A stretch of 32,000 nt of DNA from Candidatus Kuenenia stuttgartensis (GCF_900232105.1 NZ_LT934425.1:2430001-2462000); one strand, 5' to 3'. Positions 17,204 through 24,604 are shown, counted from the stretch's first letter. Program-made: numbers and translations. Notes: generated by a model not told the origin, from the sequence alone.

Positions 17204-17728
17204 CTAAGAATATTGTTTCCTCTGTGCCGCCGCTGTCCATTTCTCAACCAGGGTATTTTCCGTGTTATAAATATTCATTGCAACAAGAGGCGGGAAATAG
17301 ACAGTAATAACAACTAATCCATCATCATGAACATTTGATACACGATGAATTGTCGAAAGATCAATGCAGGACACTTCATTTGCCGAAACCGAATTCTTTG
17401 CAAACGGTGCGATCATACCCGATGATTGCTGTTTTTCAAATAATTCTTCCGTCATAGTCCCTTTGTAAACAAAGGCAATCCCAACAGAACCTCCGTGGTC
17501 ATGAATTGAGGTGTATTGTCCCGGCTTAAAACACAATGCAATTAACTCACATGTGGCACTGGCATTAATAACATTTCGTTGATACCCCGTGCCGGAGAAA
17601 CGTGTATATTCCTCAATAGACAATTGTTCCTGGTGCAATCCCCCGAAACTATTTCTTAATTCCTCTTCGGAAGGTATTCCCTGCAATGATTCAAAACGGG
17701 CAATGTATTTTTTTAAGGAAGCGTTCAT
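17204..17728 (-). CDS. Cupin-fold protein, cysteine dioxygenase type I-like
   Basis: 174 aa. SIHDHGGS...(cupin motif 1 HxH)...IHRVSNVH (motif 2), with spacing as in CDO-like cupins. Function is tentative. Confidence 0.6.
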   Translation of the reverse strand: MNASLKKYIARFESLQGIPSEEELRNSFGGLHQEQLSIEEYTRFSGTGYQRNVINASATCELIALCFKPGQYTSIHDHGGSVGIAFVYKGTMTEELFEKQQSSGMIAPFAKNSVSANEVSCIDLSTIHRVSNVHDDGLVVITVYFPPLVAMNIYNTENTLVEKWTAAAQRKQYS

Positions 17729-17858
17729 GGTTAAAAATCCATTGGTAGATTTGGAAACGTTAGCAATTCAAGTTCATACTCATATTTTATCTGACAAAAA
17801 CTAATTTCAAGTCCCTTAGCGGTTCAACCCTTCTAAATTGCGGCTTTGCAGCGCCGGG

Positions 17859-18629
17859 TTATTGTACAGAAAACCCGCCATCTACGAATATAACCTGTCC
17901 GGTTATATAGTCAGACGCCTTAGAGGCAAGGAAGACAACAGTTCCGGAGAGATCGGAGGGTTGTCCAATCCGCTGTAAGGGGATTTTTGAAATAATCGCC
18001 TGCTTTATTTTTTCGTCTTTCAGCATTTCCCTGGTAGTTTCAGTTTCCATCGAATAGGGGGCGATTGAGTTGACATTTATGTTGTATTTTGCCCATTCAA
18101 TTGCCAGGGCCTTTGTGAGTTGTATTACCCCTCCCTTACCGGAACAATATGCTGAAGACCGGTTTGCACCAAATATTCCAAGGGCGGAACTCATGGTGAT
18201 TATTTTGCCGCATTTTTTGTCGAGCATGTGCTTGCCTACCGTTTTTACACATAAATAGGTGCTTGTAAGATTTATTTCGATCATTTTATGCCAATCGTCT
18301 AAGGAAATATCCTGTATTGAACCGCCAATGAAGGCGCCGACATTGCTCACAAGGATGTCGATAGTTTTGAATTTTGACAAAACCATTTCAACCATTTTTG
18401 TCACATCTTCCGGCTTTGTTACGTCAGCGGCAATAGGAAGTGATTTTACCCCGTTTCCCTCTATTTCCTGCGCCGTTTCTTCCACATCTGAAAAAGTACG
18501 GCTTGCCACCGCCACATGTGCGCCCGATTCTGACAGGGCTAACGCCATTGATTTTCCAAGCCCTTTTCCTGCGCCTGTCACCAGGGCGACTTTATCATGC
18601 AAATTAAATAGTTCTACACACATACACAC
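17859..18629 (-). CDS. Short-chain dehydrogenase/reductase (FabG-like SDR)
   Basis: VALVTGAGKGLG (TGxxxGxG), NVGA and the catalytic S...YcsgK. The track start is a GTG at 18629; an ATG lies two codons in, at 18623. Confidence 0.88.
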   Translation of the reverse strand: MCMCVELFNLHDKVALVTGAGKGLGKSMALALSESGAHVAVASRTFSDVEETAQEIEGNGVKSLPIAADVTKPEDVTKMVEMVLSKFKTIDILVSNVGAFIGGSIQDISLDDWHKMIEINLTSTYLCVKTVGKHMLDKKCGKIITMSSALGIFGANRSSAYCSGKGGVIQLTKALAIEWAKYNINVNSIAPYSMETETTREMLKDEKIKQAIISKIPLQRIGQPSDLSGTVVFLASKASDYITGQVIFVDGGFSVQ

Positions 18630-18677
18630 CGCCTATATCTGTATACGAAAAAAAGAAATAAAACAAGGTGTTTTCTC

Positions 18678-19553
18678 TCAGGAATCTATTTTTTGTTTTA
18701 GAAGCATCTTGCTCAAATAATAATGGACTTGCCGGGCTTCGGAATCACTCAGCAACTGCGGATCAAATGCCCGCATTGTTTCTATTACCTTTAGCCAATC
18801 TGATTGCGTCCTCTTCTGTTGGAACACGCGTTCTAGTGTGTGACAAAGATGGCATTTGTTTAAAATTATCTTCATGCCTACCTGTGCATCCATTTTTTGC
18901 TCATCAATGCCAAGGTTTTTTATCAGAAATCCCAGCGCCTGCAATTCTTCCAGATCGCTCAGGCGAAGCGGGTCCTTTGCCCTCATGCGGGCTACATAAT
19001 CCCTCCATTCCGCCGCTGTTTTAAAATGTGAATACACCCTTTCTAACGAATGACAACTGGAGCATTTCGTCTGTACTACCTTCCTACCTTCACTCGCATT
19101 CACCTTTACCGGTTTGCCTTGTTGTAAAAGCACAATGTACTGACTGCGGGCTAAAGTGAGGAGAAAATACCCGCCGTTCATAATAACCGTCAGGTATACG
19201 GCAACCATTACGATCATGCCGTATATTGGCAGGCGCGGATAATATTTTTTAAAACCGCGGGCAACGCATATTTTTGCAACGAGCAGCGGGAAAATAGCAA
19301 GTCCGAGATACGCATGAATAGCATCCTTTGCCGACCAGGTAATAGGGTCGCGCGTGATTTTCAATGACATTAAATAACATATGAATATATAAAGCACAAA
19401 GAAGGCATAGCCGGCAATACGATGTCCCTGCCGGAAAAAATCCGGATAGTGTGTCTTTTTATTTCTGCCAGGCAGAATGATAATGAAGAGAACCGCAACA
19501 ATACCGATAATGAGCAGGCCGAAGGCAAGTGAAGTTGTTATTTTGGGGTTCAT
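18678..19553 (-). CDS. Membrane-anchored diheme c-type cytochrome (4 predicted TM helices + two duplicated CxxCH modules)
   Basis: CSSCH and CHLCH motifs, each followed by (S/T)LERV...(E/D)W...MRA.DP..LSD. This indicates an internal duplication. The N-terminal 140 aa contain 4 hydrophobic helices with His residues (GHRIAGY, IHAYLG). Confidence 0.8.
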   Translation of the reverse strand: MNPKITTSLAFGLLIIGIVAVLFIIILPGRNKKTHYPDFFRQGHRIAGYAFFVLYIFICYLMSLKITRDPITWSAKDAIHAYLGLAIFPLLVAKICVARGFKKYYPRLPIYGMIVMVAVYLTVIMNGGYFLLTLARSQYIVLLQQGKPVKVNASEGRKVVQTKCSSCHSLERVYSHFKTAAEWRDYVARMRAKDPLRLSDLEELQALGFLIKNLGIDEQKMDAQVGMKIILNKCHLCHTLERVFQQKRTQSDWLKVIETMRAFDPQLLSDSEARQVHYYLSKMLLKQKIDS

Positions 19554-19636
19554 TGAAATTGCTTGCTCTACGTCCAGGGGGGTAATTAACTGGTGAAACC
19601 TTGTAACATTTTTAATAACGATATTTACCGCACGAT

Positions 19637-19708
19637 GTAGGGGCGAAGCATTTGCATGCTTGAGTATGAACGCATGTATGCCAGTTATCGCAAATGCTTC
19701 GCCCCTAC
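19637..19708. repeat. Perfect 19-bp-stem hairpin GTAGGGGCGAAGCATTTGC-N34-GCAAATGCTTCGCCCCTAC
   Basis: Arms at 19637-19655 and 19690-19708 are exact reverse complements. It lies between the pfkA stop (19720) and the diheme cytochrome start (19553). Same arm sequence as at 8606. Confidence 0.85.
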
Positions 19709-19719
19709 GGTTTCAGGTT

Positions 19720-20823
19720 TTACGCTTTTCTGCCGAAATTAACGCCAATTTCCTCCGCCGTTATTACCAATCCTGTTTCCGTAGGCACTTTTTTTTGTCC
19801 GCCTGCCACACTGCTCAGCGGAACAGATTCAATGTCCTGTCCTTTCAGACACACCATGCGTCCAAACTGATTATTAATAATTAGCTTAACCGCAGCGGCG
19901 CCAAATCTGGTGGAGAGTATCCGGTCTGTGGCATTGGGAGTCCCGCCTCTTTGCACGTGCCCCAGCGTTGTGACCCGCACATCTATGCCGGTGTTATTTT
20001 TGATGTAAAGTCCAGCCTTTTCGCCAGCGCCCCCGAGTCGTTCCGCACTCCCGCCTTCTTCTGCCGACTGCAAAATGCACAATGCGCCGTCTATTTCTTT
20101 TGCACCCTCCGATACAACAACAATACTGGAACGGCAACCTTTCTTCTGCCTGCGGAGAATTTTCTGGCAAATCTCTTCCTTATCATAGGGTATTTCCGGG
20201 ATGAGTATTACGTCAGCGCCACCTGCAATCCCGGACGCCACGGCGATCCATCCTGCATATCTTCCCATTACCTCCATTACCATCACCCGGTGGTGGCTTT
20301 CTGCGGTGGTATGCAAACGGTCCAGCATTTCAGTGGCAATCTGTACTGCTGTACTGAATCCGAAAGAGACATCTGTGAAGAGGATATCGTTATCGATCGT
20401 TTTGGGTACGCCTACCACCGGGCAGCCCATGTCATAAAGATGAGATGCGATGTTCAGCGAGCCGTCCCCGCCAATAACGATAAGGGCGTCCAATTCCAGA
20501 GATTTTGTTTTTTGTATAACTTCCGAGGAGACGTCTCTTATCTCCGTTTTACCGTTTACCGTTATTCGATATTTAAATGGATTTGCCCGGTTTGAAGTGC
20601 CAAGTATGGTTCCCCCGACATGAAGAATACCCCTGCTGTTAAATGGGGTCAACTCTCTTGTTTTGTTTGGTAATATCAGCCCATCATAGCCATCTTCTAT
20701 TCCTGTTATGGCAATATCATGTTTTTGGACAGCGGACTTCACGATAGCCCTGATGACTGCGTTCAGTCCGGGACAATCTCCTCCACCTGTTAACACACCA
20801 ATCTTTTTTACATTATGTGACAT
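19720..20823 (-). CDS. pfkA: 6-phosphofructokinase (PfkA family)
   Basis: GVLTGGGDCPGLNAVIRA, IGGDGS, PKTIDND and MGRYAGW motifs. I place the start at ATG 20823 (MSHNVKKIGVL...). The track's extra 35 aa (to 20928) run through a palindromic repeat. Confidence 0.92.
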   Translation of the reverse strand: MSHNVKKIGVLTGGGDCPGLNAVIRAIVKSAVQKHDIAITGIEDGYDGLILPNKTRELTPFNSRGILHVGGTILGTSNRANPFKYRITVNGKTEIRDVSSEVIQKTKSLELDALIVIGGDGSLNIASHLYDMGCPVVGVPKTIDNDILFTDVSFGFSTAVQIATEMLDRLHTTAESHHRVMVMEVMGRYAGWIAVASGIAGGADVILIPEIPYDKEEICQKILRRQKKGCRSSIVVVSEGAKEIDGALCILQSAEEGGSAERLGGAGEKAGLYIKNNTGIDVRVTTLGHVQRGGTPNATDRILSTRFGAAAVKLIINNQFGRMVCLKGQDIESVPLSSVAGGQKKVPTETGLVITAEEIGVNFGRKA

Positions 20824-20922
20824 AAGAGATATTGCCCCCGGTGGGAAAAAAAACACGCCTTCATTTTTTCGCAAATTAGGTTGTATTTTAAAAAGACAAA
20901 AAACCCAACGACATTCATTTTT

Positions 20923-20992
20923 ACCCACCCCTAACTCCTCCTAAAAGGAGAGTTTGATAAGTCCCCTCTTGGGAGGATATTGAGGGGTGGGT
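20923..20992. repeat. Palindromic repeat ACCCACCCCTAA...TTGAGGGGTGGGT with an internal CCTCCTAAAAGGAG hairpin
   Basis: The outer 12-13-nt arms are complementary with one mismatch. Same compositional style (C5/G5 runs) as 17088-17190 and 22654-22794. Confidence 0.65.
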
Positions 20993-21099
20993 TTGTTCAT
21001 TGTTTAACTAAAAATATTAAAATTCCTAAACATGAACATAAAAGAGAACAAAGTCGTAAAAATTTATTAACGGTAATTTTTAATCTGCAATGGCGTTCA

Positions 21100-21446
21100 T
21101 CACCGTTGCTTTTTTGATAATTTCCTCACGTACCTGGCCAGGGCCTCAATTTCTTCAGGTGTCAGCCTTTCATTCCATGCCGGCATTTTGTTCTTTCCGT
21201 TAGTGATGGAATGAAGAATTTCTTTCGTCTGTTTTTGAATTTTGCCATCCAGGATCACATAAATCCGGCGCCTTTAATGCCTTTCCCCTTTTGTTTGCTT
21301 CTCCTGTCAATCCATGGCACTTGGCACAGTGATATTCAAAAAGATTTCGTGCGTCTATGGCCTTTTCTTCCCCACGGGAAGGAAAATGGAATGACGGAAC
21401 CTGCAAGCAAAAATAAGGCTGAAAAGATAAAAACGATTCTCAACAT
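21100..21446 (-). pseudogene. Monoheme class I cytochrome c split over three reading frames (two 1-nt frame disruptions); pseudogene or sequence error
   Basis: Frame 1 (from ATG 21446) gives the signal peptide MLRIVFIFSALFLLAGSVIPFSF. Frame 2 (track ORF 21200-21406) gives ...EEKAIDARNLFEYHCAKCHG...WQNSKTDE. Frame 3 (to stop 21100) gives ...KEILHSITNGKNKMPAWNERLTPEEIEALARYVRKLSKKQR. Joined, the pieces align along their whole length with the adjacent paralog. Confidence 0.8.
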
Positions 21447-21517
21447 ACTTGTTTTCTTATGTGCCATAATTATGGTATCCTCTTCCCGGTGTAAAAATTT
21501 TCAGCACAACTTACTTT

Positions 21518-21859
21518 TTAAACCCTCTGACAACAGGCACCAAAGCCTTCACTTCTTCCGGGAGTCAGTTTTTCCTTGAAAGGCATCATCATTTCCGGCG
21601 TGCCTTCATTTATCTGCTCAATTATTCGCTCATCACTCGTCTTTGCCTGCCACTCAGCGTCTGCAAATTTACGGGCGCCCAGGCCTACGCCAAGATCTGT
21701 AGGGTTTCCATCCACGCCGTGACAGGTTTTGCAGTGTTGTAAATATAATTTCATACCATCAATGTTCGAGGCTTTTGAAACAGACGTTCCGAAAAAAAAG
21801 GCGCTTGCGCCAATGGTAACGGAAAATAATGCAAGGGTTAAAGTGCTTTTGTTCTTCAT
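21518..21859 (-). CDS. Monoheme class I cytochrome c with signal peptide; C-terminal 13 aa probably out of frame
   Basis: MKNKSTLTLALFSVTIGASAFFFG (signal) and CKTCH heme site. After ...KEKLTP the as-sequenced frame reads GRSEGFGACCQRV*. Dropping one C of CCC (complement of 21560-21562) gives EEVKALVPVVRGFKK* (stop at 21511), which matches the paralog's LTPEEIEALARYVRKL. Confidence 0.85.
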   Translation of the reverse strand: MKNKSTLTLALFSVTIGASAFFFGTSVSKASNIDGMKLYLQHCKTCHGVDGNPTDLGVGLGARKFADAEWQAKTSDERIIEQINEGTPEMMMPFKEKLTPGRSEGFGACCQRV

Positions 21860-21959
21860 TTTTTCTTCTCCTGAAAAAAAACCAATAGAATAAATAATAG
21901 CGATTCGTTTTTAATACCGGTCTTTAGAATAATCCTGCGAATAGATTCATTCACGGTAT

Positions 21960-22154
21960 TTAATACTCATAAGCAAGTACACGTATTATTCCCATAGTAT
22001 CGCCGCCGGTATTTGTTGTGCTGTCAGAAACCGAGACTACCTTTGTAATATTGTTTTGTTGTAAGAAATCGTTCACCTCCTTATCCAGTTCAACTAGTTC
22101 ATTATGAACATGAAATATCTTCAGAGTGGAAGTAAATGTTTTTACCTTTATCAT
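21960..22154 (-). CDS. Small 64-aa protein of unknown function (pattern loosely reminiscent of Cse60-type small proteins)
   Basis: The ORF starts 27 nt downstream of the SOR gene on the same strand. MIKVKTF...ELDKEVNDFLQQNNI...IIRVLAYEY has a compact alpha/beta-like pattern. No motif gives a function. Confidence 0.5.
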   Translation of the reverse strand: MIKVKTFTSTLKIFHVHNELVELDKEVNDFLQQNNITKVVSVSDSTTNTGGDTMGIIRVLAYEY

Positions 22155-22181
22155 AATAATTACTCCTTGTGAAAAGAAAGA

Positions 22182-22547
22182 TTATGTCATTACATTTACT
22201 TCCCTCGTACCTTCCCATATACCGTGGAGATTGCACCGGCTGAATGCCCTGAGTGTTCTGGAGCCTTCATGTTGCAGTACAATGGAAAAAGAGATATCCG
22301 GCTTTGTCATAACTGCGGTAAAATCCACACGTGAAAGATAGATATGGCCGCAGTATAAATCGATAAATTGTATAAAATGCCCGTTTTCCATCACATGCGG
22401 GGCTTCACCGACTTTGATAGTTACGGTAAATGGTTCTCCCGCTTTTACCTTTTCGGGCAATGTTATTACCGGTACATGTTTTTTCACAGTCTCCGCCGGG
22501 CCGGTCGCTGCAGTGTTTATTTGACAGAACAATCCAGGTTCAGACAT
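22182..22547 (-). CDS. Superoxide reductase (neelaredoxin / class II desulfoferrodoxin-type)
   Basis: KHVPVI..., HVMENGHFIQFI (His ligands) and CNLHGIW (Cys/His ligands). I prefer ATG 22547, which has GGAGGG 7 nt upstream. The track start at 22562 adds 5 aa with no RBS. Confidence 0.85.
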   Translation of the reverse strand: MSEPGLFCQINTAATGPAETVKKHVPVITLPEKVKAGEPFTVTIKVGEAPHVMENGHFIQFIDLYCGHIYLSRVDFTAVMTKPDISFSIVLQHEGSRTLRAFSRCNLHGIWEGTREVNVMT

Positions 22548-22653
22548 AGTTTTTCCCTCCATAAATCAGGTTTTAAAAATAATAAAAATGATTGCTACAA
22601 TTATTTCACCCATACGCTGGCATAACCAGAACGAAACAAGCACCAAAAAGAAA

Positions 22654-22794
22654 ATGCTAAATTCGAAACAAAATATAAAATCCTCCCCCGACCCCTTACA
22701 AGGGGGGACAACTATCCTAACACTCCCCGCTAGCGGGGGACATTCTCCCTCTTTGAGGGGGCAAGGGGGGAGGATTAGGATTGAAATTTAGCAT
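22654..22794. repeat. 141-bp imperfect palindrome rich in C5-6/G5-6 runs (ATGCTAAAT...CCTCCCCC...CCCCGCTAGCGGGGG...GGGGGGAGGATTAGGATTGAAATTTAGCAT)
   Basis: The ends are reverse complements of each other. The central CCCCGCTAGCGGGG is palindromic. Related to 17088-17190. Confidence 0.8.
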
Positions 22795-22824
22795 AAGGGA
22801 AGCGGGAGCTTCCAAGGCCACTTG

Positions 22825-22850
22825 CGTTCCCAAGCCGGAGCTTGGGAACG
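22825..22850. repeat. Short hairpin repeat CGTTCCCAAGC-CGGA-GCTTGGGAACG
   Basis: Perfect 11-bp stem. Degenerate relatives (GTTCCCAAAC...GGTTTGAGAACGAG) occur at 12529-12577. It is followed by a degenerate MITE terminus at 22861-22888. Confidence 0.7.
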
Positions 22851-22926
22851 AGCGTTTTTACTTTTTCAAAAATCTGAACTGTTACAAGAAATTACTGCTA
22901 CAACACTAAAGGGTTGTTTTTCCAAC

Positions 22927-23103
22927 TTATTCCGGTACATTTTTTATTGCCTTTACAGGACATGCGTTAATGCACAGTTCGCATTGATCACATTTGTGTT
23001 GAAGTATCTCTGCCTTGTCCATATTCATGATAATTGCCGCGGGGGGGCATGCATATAAACATTCTTCACATCCAACACATTCAGTTTTCTCCACAATAAT
23101 CAT
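22927..23103 (-). CDS. 2x[4Fe-4S] ferredoxin, 58 aa (absent from the supplied ORF track because it is under 60 aa)
   Basis: My own translation: MIIVEKTECVGCEECLYACPPAAIIMNMDKAEILQHKCDQCELCINACPVKAIKNVPE*. It contains two complete CxxCxxCxxxCP clusters. ATG at 23101-23103, TAA at 22927-22929. Confidence 0.85.
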   Translation of the reverse strand: MIIVEKTECVGCEECLYACPPAAIIMNMDKAEILQHKCDQCELCINACPVKAIKNVPE

Positions 23104-23189
23104 TGTTTCTGAGCCATAGTTAATTAATACCCCTGGCGCTTAATCATACGCCAGATTCTCATATTGCCCGCGAATGGTGCGAATCTCTC

Positions 23190-23594
23190 TTATGCTTCCT
23201 TTACCTGAATCTTTCGTGGTTTTACATGCTCCGCCTTTGGGAGTATTATCGTTAAAATCCCATCAGACATCTTTGCCTCGATTTTATCTCTGTTTACGGC
23301 ATCCGAAAGGATAAAGTGCCTGTGATAATGTCCTATATTGTATTCGCTGTAAAGTAATTTCTCATCAGTGTATGCTTCCTGAGAGATTTCTCCATTAACT
23401 ATTAATTCATTGCTTTGCATATCTACCGTAATGTTGTTAGCTCCCACCCCGGGCATATCTATTACGACTGTGAAATTATCCGGTGTTTCATAAATATCCG
23501 ACAAGGGATAATACCAATTGCCTTTTCCCGTCACAATACATCTGTCCGGCGCAAGTTTCTTTTTTTTAACGACAGGGTACTCTGTATTACTCAT
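23190..23594 (-). CDS. Hsp20/alpha-crystallin family small heat-shock protein
   Basis: 134 aa. Alpha-crystallin domain pattern (...FTVVIDMPGV...ITVDMQSNELIVNGE...F.LSD.V...I.A.M.DGILTIILPK). AAGGAG lies 9 nt upstream of the ATG. Confidence 0.9.
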   Translation of the reverse strand: MSNTEYPVVKKKKLAPDRCIVTGKGNWYYPLSDIYETPDNFTVVIDMPGVGANNITVDMQSNELIVNGEISQEAYTDEKLLYSEYNIGHYHRHFILSDAVNRDKIEAKMSDGILTIILPKAEHVKPRKIQVKEA

Positions 23595-23614
23595 TGTAAA
23601 AATCTCCTTTTTCT

Positions 23615-24064
23615 TTAAGATTTTTTTATCTCAATTTGTTTCGGTTTTTTTTCTGCTGCCTTAGGCAATGTGATGGTTAGGACACCATTTTTGTATGATG
23701 CCACAACTTTTTCTGCATCGACTTTTTCCGGCAACATAGTAGAACGGGCAAATGTACCGAAGTTTCTTTCCCGGCGCAAATAAGTTATATGTCCTTCGCC
23801 CGTGTTTGGTTTTCTCTCTCCCTTAATGGTTAAAATATCATCCGCAACCTGAACGTCCAGATCGATAACCTTAATGCCAGGAAGTTCTGCCCTTACAATA
23901 ACGTTATCTTTATTCATAGATACCACCATTTGGGGGAATTCTGCGCCCACATATCCTTCCGTCTTAGATCCGGAACTGAGAAAATCAATCAAATCACCCA
24001 TTTCACGTTGAATATGAGTAAAGCCTTCTAAAGGATCTGTATTCTCCCAACGAATTAAATTCAT
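23615..24064 (-). CDS. Hsp20/alpha-crystallin family small heat-shock protein
   Basis: 149 aa. ...VRAELPGIKVIDLDVQVADDILTIKGERK...ERNFGTFARS..LP..VDAEKVVASYKNGVLTITLPK. GGGAGGGG RBS upstream. Confidence 0.92.
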   Translation of the reverse strand: MNLIRWENTDPLEGFTHIQREMGDLIDFLSSGSKTEGYVGAEFPQMVVSMNKDNVIVRAELPGIKVIDLDVQVADDILTIKGERKPNTGEGHITYLRRERNFGTFARSTMLPEKVDAEKVVASYKNGVLTITLPKAAEKKPKQIEIKKS

Positions 24065-24127
24065 TACACCCCTCCCTTACCAATAAAAAAATGAATGTTA
24101 AATTAAAACATGGAACAATATGATTTT

Positions 24128-24163
24128 TCTAAAACGATAGATTGCGCAATCTATCGTTTTAGA
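24128..24163. promoter_or_regulatory. Perfect 36-bp palindrome TCTAAAACGATAGATTG-CG-CAATCTATCGTTTTAGA, 64-99 nt upstream of the hsp20 pair; candidate operator or leader hairpin
   Basis: 17-bp arms are exact reverse complements. It is unique in the window and lies in the only plausible promoter region of the hsp20-hsp20(-fdx) unit. Confidence 0.4.
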
Positions 24164-24493
24164 CAAGATATCATTCCATAACAGCGTATTGTTTATATTG
24201 CTGGCAATGTTTTACAATCGTTAGTTCCGGAATAATAAAAGATTACAACCGCCCGGCAATGCAAATGCAGAAAACAGATTGCTTGAAAAAGGAATAATTA
24301 TTTTCCTTGTATATTTTAAGAGCGCAATAAGAATGCCACTGAAAAGACCAGTACACGTCGTTATATATTATCCTTATATTTTGAGCGTCGTCAATGCCCT
24401 CTTTTGGGTAGTGATAAAATAAAGGGTGGATCAGCTCAAACGTTATTTATCCTCAGTGCACTGGTCCAATTTAAAGGTTCAATTTAAAAGATA

Positions 24494-24531
24494 GGAATTA
24501 TTATAAAAACATCAGCTTATTTAGAAATTAC
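24494..24531. repeat. Solo right end of the 12797-12929 hairpin element family
   Basis: GGAATTATTATAAAAACATCAGCTTATTTAGAAATTAC versus GAAATTATTATAAAAACCTCAACTTATTGAGAAGTTAC (12892-12929): 33/38 identical, both ending in TTAC. Confidence 0.6.
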
Positions 24532-24604
24532 GTATATTCAAATGAATTTGGCAGGCAATCAGGCTTTAACAAACCGTTTGCCTGAAAGTTGTTTTACCAG
24601 TTTT

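Noticed and set aside
20824-20928. 35-aa N-terminal extension of the pfkA ORF.
   Set aside because: It overlaps the palindromic repeat at 20923-20992 and is not PFK-like. The conserved N-terminus (KKIGVLTGGGDCPGLN) follows directly after ATG 20823.
21100-21859. Programmed +1 ribosomal frameshifting, or phase variation, as the explanation for the cytochrome c frame breaks.
   Set aside because: There are no known +1 slippery or shifty-stop contexts at the sites. The homopolymers are only 3-4 nt long. Three independent sites in two small genes is implausible for recoding. Decay or sequence error is the more economical explanation.
22822-23058. 78-aa plus-strand ORF (MRSQAGAWERA...).
   Set aside because: Its 5' part is translated hairpin repeat, and its 3' part is antisense to the ferredoxin gene, which has two perfect 4Fe-4S motifs.
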